From Malacoraja senta (Eukaryota): a DNA stretch of 64,000 bases. The position numbers and the translations under genes are program-made. Below, piece after piece: positions 38,495 to 50,102 of the stretch. The stretch lies in the NCBI GenBank assembly GCA_038087875.1, contig CM075989.1, positions 6,884,001-6,948,000 on the forward strand, written 5' to 3'. The notes below the pieces were generated by a model. It ran no database searches and was not told the origin of the DNA. It was given only the letters and a program-made list of their open reading frames with translations. Positions within the stretch are counted from its first letter, which is position 1. Each line of letters opens with the position of its first letter.

Positions 38495-38849
38495 AGCCCC
38501 TGTCCCACTGTACGAGGAATTCACGAGTTCTCCCGAGTTTTCCCCTGATTTGAACTCGGAGAATGCCCTTTGCGGGTCCGTAGGAGTTCGTGGATGTCTC
38601 GTAGCGGCTCGTACGAGTAAAAAGTAACCATTTTTTTCATCTCGAGTATTTTTTCACTCGTGGACATTTTTTGCACGGATGAAAAAACGTCACGAGTTAC
38701 CAGATTTCCCGAGTACCTACCGTTAGCATTACGAACCGCTACGAGACATCCACGAACTCCTACGGACCCGCGACGTACATTCTCCGAGTTCGAATCAGGG
38801 GAAAACTCGGGAGAGCTCGTGAATTACCTCGTACAGTGGGACAGGGGCT
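38495..38849. mobile_element. Harbinger-type MITE
   Basis: TIR AGCCCCTGTCCCACTGTACGAGG, TAA TSD, palindromic target CAGC-TAA-GCTG. Confidence 0.9.
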
Positions 38850-39179
38850 TAAGCTGACTAAACAGACACAAAATGCTGGAGTAACTCAGCAGGTCAGGCA
38901 GCATCTCTGGAGAAAAGGAATAGGTGACGTTTCGGTTCACCACTCTTCTTCAGACTGAGAGTCAGGGGGAGGGGAAAACTATGGGTATGAAAAGGTTCAG
39001 AACAAATTAGAGCTGGCACCGATGATCAAGGAAAGGTGGAGCCCACAATGGTCCGTTGTTGGCTGCAGAAGAGGTGATAATGGAGGGATATATGGATGCA
39101 GGCAGTGAAACTAGCAGGACAACTCGGGTGGGGGACGGACGGAGAGAGAGGTAATGCAAGGATTACTCGAAATTACACA

Positions 39180-39500
39180 GTAGTGGAGAGGATGTTTCCA
39201 CTAGTGGGAGAGTCTAGGACAAGAGTCCATAGCCTCAGAATTAAAGTACGTACCTTTAGAAAGGAGATGAGGAGGAATTTCTTTAGTCAGAGGGTGGTGA
39301 ATCTGTGGAATTCATTGCCGCAGAAGGCCGTGGAGGACAATATTTTTAAGGTGGAGATTGATATATTCTTGATTAGTACGGTTTCAGGGATTATGGGGAA
39401 AAGGCAGGAGAATGGGATTGCGTGGGAAAGATAGATCAGTCATGATTGAATGGCAGAGTAGACTTGATGGGACGAATGGCCTAATTCTGCTCTTATCACT
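39180..39500 (+). mobile_element. CR1 3' fragment
   Basis: MFPLVGESRTRVHSLRIK..FFSQRVVNLWNSLP. Confidence 0.85.
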
Positions 39501-39889
39501 GATGAATTTATGAATATTTATCTCCCCCAGATTGGTTTCACTTAGACATTGGGGACAATTTACAGCTGTCACTTAACCCAGCAACTCACACAGGTTTGGG
39601 ATAGCAGAGGAAATCAGAGCACTCGGGGAATCAGAGCACTCGGGGAAAACCCAGGTGGCCACAGGGCGAACATAAACACTCTGGTCGGACAGGACCGGGA
39701 TTGAACTGGTGTCCCTGGAGCTGTGAGGCTGCAGCTCCACCAACTGAGCCACTCTGCATCTTGTATTTGCCCAATACCCTGGACTGCAAGTGAAACAAGG
39801 AGCATTATTGCTGCAGCACTGGTGAATGCGTATCCCTACCTGTCACATGGAAGACTGGGGGTTCAATACCCCAATGGAGAGGCATGTTT

Positions 39890-40186
39890 GGGGCGGCACG
39901 GTGGCGCACCGGCAAAGCTGTTGCCTTACAGCGCCAGAGACCCGGGTTCAACCCTAACTATGGGTGCTGTCTGTACGGAGTTTGTACGTTCTCCCCGTGA
40001 TCATGTGGCTTTTCCCCAGATGCTCCGGTTTCCTCTCACTCTCCAAAGACGTACAGCTTTGTAGGTTAATTGTAAATTGTAAATTGTCCCTAGTGTGTGT
40101 AGGATAGTGCTAGTGTACGGGGTGATCGCGGGTTGGCGCGGACTCGCTGGGCCGAAGGACCTGTTGCCGCGCTGTACCTCTAAAGT
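39890..40186 (+). mobile_element. HE1-like V-SINE
   Basis: Head, V-domain and tail. Confidence 0.85.
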
Positions 40187-40210
40187 GTGCAGATCTTTAG
40201 AGGTACAGCG

Positions 40211-40556
40211 GACGACAGATGGCGCAATGGGCTAAGTGTTCGGCTGGCAACCGGAAGGTAGCCGGTTCGAATCCCGCTTGGAGTGCATACTGTCGTTGTG
40301 TCCTTGGGCAAGACACTTCACCCACCTTTGCCTGCGTGTGAATGTGTGTGAATGTGTGTGAGTGATTGGTGGTGGTCGGAGGGGCCGTAGGCGCAGATTA
40401 GCAGCCACGCTTCCGTCAGTCTGCCCCAGGGCAGCTGTGGCTACAGAAGTAGCTCACCACCACCGAGTGTGACTGAGGAGTGAATGAATAATGCGATGTA
40501 AAGCGCCTTGAGTATTAGAAAGGCGCTATATAAATCCCATCCATTATTATTATTAT
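40211..40556 (+). mobile_element. tRNA-derived CORE-type SINE with an L2-like 3' end
   Basis: A-box ~40220, B-box GGTTCGAATCC 40264-40274, CORE-like GTGTCCTTGGGCAAGACACT, TGTAAAGCGCCTTG..AAAGGCGCTATATAAAT and (ATT)n. Confidence 0.8.
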
Positions 40557-42749
40557 TTAGATCTAATCTGCAGTTTACAGCTGTCGGTGACAATAGACCC
40601 TTCCTCGGCAGCCGCTGAAGTGACTGCTCTTCATTCGGGGTTGCGACAGGGGTATCAATGTTGCTCTTGGAATAAAGCGCCGTTGCTCTAATTTTCAGCA
40701 AACGATCCAAGATGAAAGTGCAATTTGCTCAGGCACGGGAGTATCAAAATTAAAACTCACGCAAATTAAAAGGGCAGCTGCGGCTGAGTGTTTGGTGCTG
40801 TCGTTTAGTGTCAATGTGTTCCAAAGCTGCCGAGAGCACAACTTTAAAAAAATGGGGAGTAAATCAAAGGTGTTCCGGCCGACTGCCTGGCAAGGCCATT
40901 GATTACCTGATAATAAAGTCTCCGTGCCTGAGATCACTGGAGCCTGAGGAACACTCTGGAGAGCATCAGCATGAAAATGCACAGCTCCCATTTAATACCT
41001 TGCTGCCCAGCCAGGTTGTAGAATTTGATTTTAATAGCCAAATTCCATTGGGTGGTGTCCCTGCGCTGTCAAACTACGGAGCCACTTAGATCCATCAGAA
41101 CTGGAATTATTCCTAGTGCTTGTTCTGATCGCTCAGAAATTAGTCAGAGCCATAGAGCGTGGAAACAGGCCCTTCGGCCCAACTTGGCTACACGACCAAC
41201 ATATCCCATCCACACTAGCCCCACCAGCCCTAAACCTAACCTATCCATGTACCAGTCTAATTGCTTCTTAAATGTTGCGATAGTCCCATCCTCAATGACC
41301 TCCTCCATCCTTTGCGTGAAAAAGTTACACCTCAGGTTCCTATTAAATCTTTCCCCTTCACTTTAAACCAATGTCCTCTGGTTCTCGAATCCCCTACTTT
41401 GGGCAAGAGACTCTGTGCATCTGCACAATCTATTCCTTTCATGATTTTATACACTATAAGATCACCCCCTCATCCTCCAGCGCTCATAAACAACCCCCCA
41501 TCTCCTACGCTTGACTTAGTTTTTATGTACTAGTCTGATTGTTTAAACCAGTATAGTCTAAAAGCTATGCAGAGGGAAAAAATACATTTGGCCCAGCTTG
41601 TTCATGCTAACCAAGTTGGCATATTGAGCTAGTCTCATTTGACCTCTAAACCCTTCCTATCCAATATTTTTTAAAGTCATATTTGCGTCCACTTTTATAG
41701 CTTCTAGTGGCAGCTCATTCCAGATACTGAACACTCTTTGAACAAAAATATTGCTGCTCTTCATCTCTCCCTTCACACCTTAAGCCAATTGTCCTCTAGT
41801 TTTAGAATGCTTTATTTTGGGGGGAAAGATTTTGAGCATTCATAATATCCATGCCCCTCATAATCATGTGCAGCTTAATAGGGTTGGCCCATATCCCTCC
41901 ATAGCTTTGCTTCCTATCCATAGGGTTGGTCCAAGCATCTTCTAAATGTCACTTGATGCCTCCCACCATTGCCGCCGTTTGCCTGAGAAATATTGGCATC
42001 CAAAACGTCTGTGCGTGTAACATGGAAATGTCACTGAGAATGCACGGTGGGTGTCTGAGACTGCCGTCAGGAGTTGAGGCTTATTAGAGCTCAGGGGAGC
42101 GTAGAGTGAAGGCAGCCACAGAGCAAAGCAATTTCACAGCATGGCAGCATCGTGCTTGAAGTGAGAGATTAGGAAAGTTGTCAGGGTGGGAAATGAACGG
42201 CACTTGTTCGAACCAAGGCCGTGAATGACGACATTAACAAACTGCTCACGAGGCTCGGATAATCCAGATGGACTTCCCGATCGAACGGCCCTTAATTGAT
42301 TGACTAATTGATACTTCATTGTCACATGTACTCGGTGCAGTGAAACTCTGTGCTTTGCGTACTTTATACGTACGCAAAGAGTCGCCACGTACAGGGGGCG
42401 ACAAAGTTACAAGGGTATCAATATAGTTCCAATGGTCCCTCTACCTTCTTCCTCCCCACCCCCCCCCAAACCCCCCTCACCCACAGCCGAGTCTTCTTTG
42501 TTCTCGGTAGACACCCACTGACTGACCACCAGAATTCACGTGGGAGAACGGCTCTCCGACGGCCCTCCACTCTTACCGACCTACCCTAAATATTACTAAC
42601 AACAAAAGTGCGGGATGAGTCAAGATATTTCTACCTCGTCTCCAACAAAATAAGCTATTCTCTGCAGTCTATTTAATAGCTGGAACCATGGCAAAGTTCA
42701 GCCTCCATTGTGTCCACAGCAAGATCCCAACAGAGTTGAAGGAATGCAA

Positions 42750-43318
42750 GACCATCAGGCACTCTCCTGGTCTGTCAGGCATCCCTGTCCTCCTGTATGC
42801 CTTGGAGGTAGGGCCTGCTGACAGCGGACAGCTCGACGTGCTTGAGGAACTACCAGCAGTGCTGACCCTGCAAAATTCCTGGACATATACAGAAGAGATG
42901 TATCAGCAGAGCCATCTCCATCATCAAAGACCCTACCACTCATGGCATCACATATTCTCCATCCTGCCATCTGGGAAGAGGTACCGGAGCATTAGGTGCA
43001 AACCAGCAGGATGCTCCTCAGCTTCTTCCCGCAGGTTATAAGACTGATAAACGGACTTTGTCCCCTGCCAAAGTATCGTGCACCAACCACCAACCTGGAC
43101 ACACTGCAGCAGAGCCACTGTCGTGCCGCTGCCGATCGGAACGCCTGTTGATGTTTAGTAGAGTAGAGTGTTAATTTGTTCATGATATATGTATTTTACT
43201 TCTATTTATTTTTTACTGCACACTGAAATGGACACTGGTGAGGAACGTTTTTTTGTTTCCTCTGGGTATGCGAATACTCAGGAATGACAATAAAGATATA
43301 CAATACAATACAATAACT
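42750..43318 (+). mobile_element. RTE remnant (~42750-42895) followed by a Rex1/Babar 3' end (~42900-43318)
   Basis: IPVLLYA.E-type RTE motif, then IFSILPSGKRYRSI and a (ATACA)n tail. Confidence 0.65.
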
Positions 43319-43334
43319 CCCCAATTCTGATCTG

Positions 43335-43637
43335 TGGTACGGTGGTGCAGCGGTAGAGTTGCTGCCTGACAGCGCCAGAGACCCGGGTTCGATCCTGGCT
43401 ACCGGTGGTGTTTGTACGGAGTTTGTACGTCCTCCCTGTGACCATGTGAGTTTTCTCCAGGAGTTCCAGTTTCCTCCCACACTCCCAAGACGTTCAGGAT
43501 TGTAGGTTAATTAGCTTGGTGTAATTGTAAATTGCCCCATGTGTGTGTAGGGTAGTGTTATTGTGCGGGGACCGCTGGTCAGTGTGGACCCGGTGGGCCG
43601 AAGGGCCTGTTTCCGCGCTGTATCTCTAAACTAAACT
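43335..43637 (+). mobile_element. HE1-like V-SINE
   Basis: Head, V-domain and tail. Confidence 0.85.
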
Positions 43638-44856
43638 TGTCACAAGAGACTATCCGAGGCACTTTGCCTCAGGTTATAGCATAAGATTACCAGGAGGATA
43701 AAAAAAACAGTTTAAAGGCTGTCTTAAAGCTGTCTTGAGGCATCTGCGTTGACCTGTGACCATGAGTGCTTAAAGTGGAGAAACCACACCCAGGAAAGCT
43801 CTGAGAAGCCTCTGATCGGAGCACACAATTGGCAACCGGGAATAGCATCACCAGAACTATCCCCTAGCTGTCCTAGCTAGTACCTCCTGACTGAGGAGCA
43901 GGCCACAGTCCTCAAGTTAACCTCACCATTCAGTAGGATCACGGCTGATCCATCCCAGACATCTTTTCCTCTTCCGTGCCTGTTCCTTTTATCTTTCCTT
44001 GTTTGTCCCCGCAGCTCTTGATTCTCTGACTTTTCAATAAGGTGGGACCAATGATCACCCCATAAACTAGCACTGTCCCACACACGCTAGGACAATTTCC
44101 GATTTTTACCGAAGCCAATTAACCTACAATTAATCTACAAACCTGTACATCTTTGGAGTGTGGGAGGAGCCGAAGCACCCGGAGAAAACCCACACGGTCG
44201 CAGGGAGAAAGTGCGGACAGCACCTGCAGTCAGGATGGAACGCGGTCTCTGCCGCTGTAAGGCTGCAATGCTACCGTTGCACCACTGACCCCCCCCCACA
44301 CGGAGTAGGGTAGGGTTCCAGCATCAGATATGCCCACAAAGTCAGCTTGCAATCCCTCAGAAGGCTGTCGCTGACTGCATGAGCGATGAAAGGGATATGC
44401 CAGAACGAGACCAAGACCAACAAAAACCAGACTGGCCAAACTTGATGACAAGTAATGACATTAGTGTTTGAATGAAATCGTTTGAATGTAAATCAGAATT
44501 GATAAATCCAATTTGAAACTCCCTAATAGTTCTCAGTACAGTCTCAACACGAATCAGAACTAAATTGCCCACTTATTTATCATTATTCTGTAATTTTGAG
44601 TTTATGAACGTGACTGAAGCCATTTGGGAGGAACAGTCGATTTTACTTTTCTTCAGACTGACAAAAAGGGACTCGACCCTGAAACATCATCTATCCCTTC
44701 TCTCCAGAGATGCTACCCGTCCCGCTGAGTTACTCCAGCATTTGGTCTATCTCCGGTTTAAACCAGCATCTGCAGTTCCTTCCAGCACAGGAGATGTTAC
44801 TCAGGCATCCACTGTAAATCTCAACGTCCTCCCAGGTCAGTAGAGAGAAAGAGTAA

Positions 44857-45265
44857 AGGGCCTGTCCCACTTTCCCGAGTTATTCACGAATTCTCCCGAG
44901 TTATTCACGATTCTCCCGAGTTATTCACGAATTCTCCGAGTTATTCACGATTCTCCCGAGTTTCAAACACGCAGAATGTTCGTAACGAGGCCGTAGGAGT
45001 CCGTGGATATATCGTAGCGGCTCGTTATGCCAGCCGTAGGTACTCGGGCATCGGGTAAGTCGGGACGTTTTTTCCAGCCTGATCAAAAATGTCCAAGGGT
45101 AAAACAATAGTCCCGAGTACCTATGGCTGGAGTAACGAGCCACTATGATATATCCTACGGCCTCCTACGGACTCGTTACCAACATTCTGTGATTTTGAAA
45201 ACTCGGAGAATTCGTGAATAACTCGGGAGAATTCGTGAATAACTCGGGAAAGTGGGACAGGCCCT
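44857..45265. mobile_element. Harbinger-type MITE with subterminal tandem repeats
   Basis: TIR AGGGCCTGTCCCACTTTCCCGAG, ~20-bp TTCTCCCGAGTTATTCACGA arrays at both ends, flanks TAA and TAG. Confidence 0.85.
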
Positions 45266-45818
45266 TAGATTTGCCTTTTGGTATTCACTGAGTCGCGGTG
45301 CTAAATCATGCTTTTTATGTTCATACAGTGGATCATTTCAGTCTTGGCAACAAAGATGACCATCAATCTAGACCAATTGCTAACATTTTCTTCAGAAAAA
45401 GTAGGGTTTCAACTTTCAAGGGACTTTGTGTAAAAGAGGGTAGCAAGGCACTTTCAAGGTAGCAGTGTGCACATGGCAGGGCAAAGCAAAACACATCGTA
45501 GTAAGTTGCTCATCGATGTACTTGAAATTCACACAAAGAGTAGGAGGAGCAAATCAAGGTCATTTTACCCTCAATCCTCTCTTACCAGTCTTCTCCACCA
45601 TCCTGTGTCTTATAACACCTTTCCCACCCCGGTCTTCTTATCCACGCTCCCAATTGGGCAGAAGGTACAGAAGCTTGAACCAGACTCTTCTTCCCCTCTC
45701 TTATTAAGCTTCTGAACAGTCCTTCCATAAGACTGATTCTAAAAACCTATCTATTACGGGCATTGGAGCCAGTCTTTGGATGTGTTGTGCTACAATATAG
45801 AGAGATCTATAATCTGCA

Positions 45819-46014
45819 CAAAAAGCTGGAGTAACTCGACGGGACAGGCACCATCTCTGGAGAGAAGGAATGGGTGACTTCAGACTGAAGAAGGATCTCG
45901 ACCTGAAACGTCACCCATTCCTTCTCTCCAGAGATGCTACGTGTCCCTGCTGAGATACTCCGGCTTTTTGTGTCTATCTTCGGTTTAAACCAGCATCTGC
46001 AGTTCCTTCCTACA
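45819..46014. mobile_element. Fold-back Penelope-end insert
   Basis: Inverted arms and a perfect 12-bp TSD CTATAATCTGCA. Confidence 0.85.
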
Positions 46015-46257
46015 CTATAATCTGCATTCTCTACCCTCCCATTTGATCAACATTCTTGACCTTGAGTTTGACTTGATTTGCTTTATGTATAGTATTACCT
46101 GACTTGATTGGATAGCATGCAAAACAAAGCTTTTCACTCACTGCACCTCGTTACACTTGACAATATAATAAACATAAACCTAGATTATAGAAAATGTGGG
46201 CAGGAGTAAGCCAGTCAGGGTTTACCACTGAAAATGACCATGGCTGATCATTCCCAT

Positions 46258-47678
46258 TTATCATCGGCGGTCATTCGAAATGAGTATGACTGTCCTCTTT
46301 TGGGAGGACGCCTGTGCGTGACTTGTTTAACGTGGGGAGACTGGTGCACAGACAGCCACCACACGGTTCTTGACAGATCTTGACAGGTGGGGGCGCTGCA
46401 AGCCGGCGCCCTGTCAGCAGCTTGTCTGTTTTTTTCTACTTTTTTGTATTTTTTTTGTATGTTTTAAAGTATGTTTTTAATGTTTCTTTGTGTGTCTTGT
46501 GTGGGGGGTGGTGTGGGGGGGTAAGGGGGAAACCGTTTTGGTCGCCTCCTCCATGGAGAGGCGACTTTTTCCAGGTCGCCTCCCCCGTGGCCTAACAGCA
46601 AGGATCGGTGCGGCCTTTCCCGGAGACGCGCCTGGGGCTTCAGCGGCGGGCGCAGCGTGGACTCTCGGCGTGGAGCAGGCGAGACCTCACTGGGGGTCGC
46701 CGGAGGGGAGCGCTCCGTTTTGCTGGCCCGTGGCAGCCTGAAGCCGTGGTCTGCAGAGATCCAGCTGGCGCGGCGTCCACAGCCTGGGATCCCTCGTGGG
46801 GGACCCGGGCGAAGAAGAGCTCCAACTGCCGGCCCGCGGCCAACTTCTACCGCGGGCGCGGCGGAGACTTACCATCAGGTGCGGGGTCCCTCGCCGGGGA
46901 CCCCTGGATGGGAGCTTCGACTTCGACCGCCGGCCCTGCGGTCTGCGGTGCTTCTGGCTGCGGCGCGGCGGGAACTTTAAATCTTCGACCGCCGGCCTGC
47001 GGCCTACACCAAATTGAAGCCGCGGTCTACGGTGGGGAAGAGCCTACTCTGGACTTACCTGGACTTTTACCTGTCTGCACATCTGGACGCCCGCAGCGAC
47101 GACTGCGGAGGATTGAGGTCCCGACCACGGGGGAAAATGGAGGAGGATTGGCCAAATTGTGTGCCTTCCACCACAGTGATGAATGCTGTGGTGGATGTTT
47201 GTGTTAAATTGTTATTGTGTATTGTGTGTTCTTTCTCATTGTACCGCTGCTGGCAAATTCATTTCACTTGCACTTTATGTGCAATGTGACGAATAAAACC
47301 GTATTGTATCGTATTGTATTGTATCTGGGTCAGGATCCAGTGGCATGGAGTCCAAGACGACCGGAGACCCTTTTCTGCTACAGCCTTCATCCGCCTTCCC
47401 AGCCGTTGTGATGCTCCACTAAGGTCAGCCATTGTCCTCCGCCTGTTCCACCGTTGAGATTGGAACAGGCGGGGGATGATGGCTGACTTTAGTGGAGCAT
47501 CTTTTCTCTCTACTGACCTGGGAGACCTTGAGATTGGTTGGATAGCTCTTTGACAGGGACCTCCCCCTGGACCTTACCGCCATGGGTGACCCTACCAGGA
47601 GCATGGCTCCAGACGGCATCGCTCTCAGGATCTCAGGACCACACAAGCTTCTCCACCACGACAAGGTGACAATCCACA
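46258..47678 (-). mobile_element. Short RTE-derived non-autonomous element interrupted by a GC-rich retroposon
   Basis: Minus strand starts CACCTTGTCGTGGTGGAG...CCTGGTAGGGTCACCCA (RTE 5' UTR-like). It is ~480 bp once the insert is removed. Confidence 0.6.
46383..47323 (+). mobile_element. GC-rich retroposon, apparently full length (divergent subfamily)
   Basis: GGGGGCGCTG head, conserved hairpins, AATAAA and (GTATT)n tail. Confidence 0.75.
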
Positions 47679-47744
47679 CAGAAGATTCCAATGTAGAGAT
47701 ACAAGAGCCAGCAGATGATGGAATCTGGAGCATAGCCGCATCTG

Positions 47745-48070
47745 TGGGAGGAAAGTGGGAGGGTCTAGGACTAGCGGTCATAGCCTCAGAATTAAAGGAC
47801 GTTCTTTTAGGAAGATGAGAAATTTCTTTAGTCAGAGGGTGGTGAATCTGTGGAATTCTTTGCCTGTAGAAGCCAAGTCAGTGGATATTTTTAAGGCAGA
47901 GATAGATAGATTTTTGATTAGTGCAGGCATCAGAGGTTATGGGAAAAAGGCAGGAGAATGGGGTTAGGAGGGAGAGATAGATCAGCCATGATTGAATGGC
48001 GGAGTAGACTTGATGGACCGAATGGCCTAATTCTCAACTCCTATCACTTATGACCTTATGACCCTATGAA
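47745..48070 (+). mobile_element. CR1 3' fragment
   Basis: SRTSGHSLRIKG..FFSQRVVNLWNSLP. Confidence 0.85.
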
Positions 48071-48564
48071 AATCAGCTGTAATCCAATCCAGAAATAAAG
48101 AATGCAAATGCCCACCAATGAATCTATTGTTTCAAGGTCGCTTTTCGGTCCTGCAGATTAATTGGTATTTTATTCTAAACCCCATTCCCCAACTTCTACT
48201 ACAACTGACCTCATTTAGTTCCTCCCTTTCATTTGACCCTGTGTTCCCCAACATTTCTGGGAGGGTATTAATATTCTCCTAAGTGAAGACATACACAAAG
48301 TGTGAATTTAATTGGGTTGACAGTGCTTTGCTCCCCATTATAAATGCTGCCACTTCTTCCTGCCGATGATCTATGTTTGTCTTCAATAATCTTGTGCGCT
48401 TTCTATATCTATAGATACTTTCGGAGTTTGTTTTATGTTCCCTGCAAGCTTATTCTCATGATGCACATTTCATTGCTCTCTATATAAAAATCTTTGGTGA
48501 TGGGAATGTAACCATCTTCAACTAACACCTTGTGATCCTAATGTAAACCAATCATGAAATTAAA

Positions 48565-48870
48565 TCTTTACTTTTAGACTTTAGAGATGCAGAGTGGAAA
48601 CAGGCCCTTCGGCCCACCGAGTCCGCGCCGACCAGCGATCACCTCGCACACTAGCACTAACCTACACACTAGTGACAATTTACAATTTTACCAATTTTAA
48701 AGTCAATTAATCTACAAACCTGTTCATCTTTGGAGTGTGGGAGGAAACCGAAGCATCCAGGGAAAACCCGTGCGGTCACAGGAAGAACATACAAACTATA
48801 TATGGACTACACCCATAGTCAGGATGGAACCTGAGTCTCTGGCGCCGTAAGGCAGCAAATCTACCATTTT
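48565..48870 (-). mobile_element. HE1-like V-SINE
   Basis: Same family, reverse strand. Confidence 0.8.
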
Positions 48871-49559
48871 CTGCTCTTCTAACTCAGACATGCTTAAAAT
48901 TGTCTTTAATTGATTTCCTATGATTTTTGACTCATTAGAAGACGATTTGAGGCAATACTTCCATGGGCACTAACAATTATTATCATCACAAACATGCCCG
49001 TACCTCATTACAGAATGTTTGTAGACTAGATACCAGCCAACTGTTATCCATTGTCGACAAAAAGAACTGCAGATGCTAGTTTACAAAAGAAGACTAAGAG
49101 TGCTGTCATAGCTCAGGGTCAGTCTGAAGAAGGGTCCCAAACCAAAATGTTGCCTATATATGTTCTCCTGAGATGGTGCCCGACACACTGAGCGACTTCA
49201 GCACTTTGTGTCTTCAGCTGTTATCCCATCATTGGTAACGTTCAAGCAATATTCGATGAATATTGAATCTGGGACCATCCTTGCCTAATAGATCCTGAGA
49301 ACTGTCCCCATCATTGCATTGAATGAGTTTGGTGACAACGGCACAGACTAGGGATTAAACAGAGGCTCTCAGAATCTGTTGACTTCACCATTATATCATG
49401 ATTGTGTGCTTACCTGTTGGGAAATCTGGTTTCATTAGCTGATAATCAATCTCCCACGACATGTTTTCTGGTTCGTTAGGAATAAATCTAGTTGTGCTTT
49501 GTAGCAGCCAGCCGAGCGTTATGAAGCAACGTTCATTCTTGGAAAGGCTTGTCAGGAAC

Positions 49560-50080
49560 AGGGCAGCACAGTGGCACAGCCTTACAGTGCCCGAGACCCA
49601 GGTTCGATCCTGACTACGGGTGTTGTTTGTACGTTCTCCCTGTGACTGCATGGGTTTTTTCCAGTTGCTCTGGTTTCTTCCTGGGCCCCAAAGATGTACA
49701 GGCATGTCGGTTGTGTAGGAAGGAACTGCAGATGCTGGTTTACCTCGAAGATAGACACAAAATGTTGGAGTAACTCAGCGGGACAGGCAGCATCTCTGAA
49801 TAGCAGGAATGGGTGACGTTTCGGGTTGAGACCATTCTTCAGACTTGTCTTGACCCGAAACGTCACCCATTCCTTCTATCCAGAGATGCTGCCTGTCCCG
49901 CTGAGTTACTCCAGCATTTTGTGTCTATTTTCAGGTTTGTGGGTTAATTGGCTTCGGTAGAAATTGTAGATTGTCCCTATTGGCTAGGATATTGCTCGTG
50001 TTCTGGGTGATTGCTAGTTGCCGTGGTCTCGGTGGGTCAAATAGCCTGTTGCTGTGCTATATCCATCGCTAAAGTCTAAA
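49560..50080 (+). mobile_element. V-SINE interrupted by a fold-back Penelope end (~49712-49930)
   Basis: SINE halves on either side of a ~215-bp palindrome. Confidence 0.75.
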
Positions 50081-50102
50081 GACTGAAGAATGATTATGAT
50101 TT

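Noticed and set aside
46608..47207. Long ORFs in the GC-rich elements (also ~22049-22577)
   Set aside because: They are open on both strands because of high GC, and they are not conserved between copies.
47640..47680. HDV-like P3/L3 (ACC-TTGTCGT-GGT) at the RTE-like 5' end
   Set aside because: No P1 or J4/2 could be built around it.
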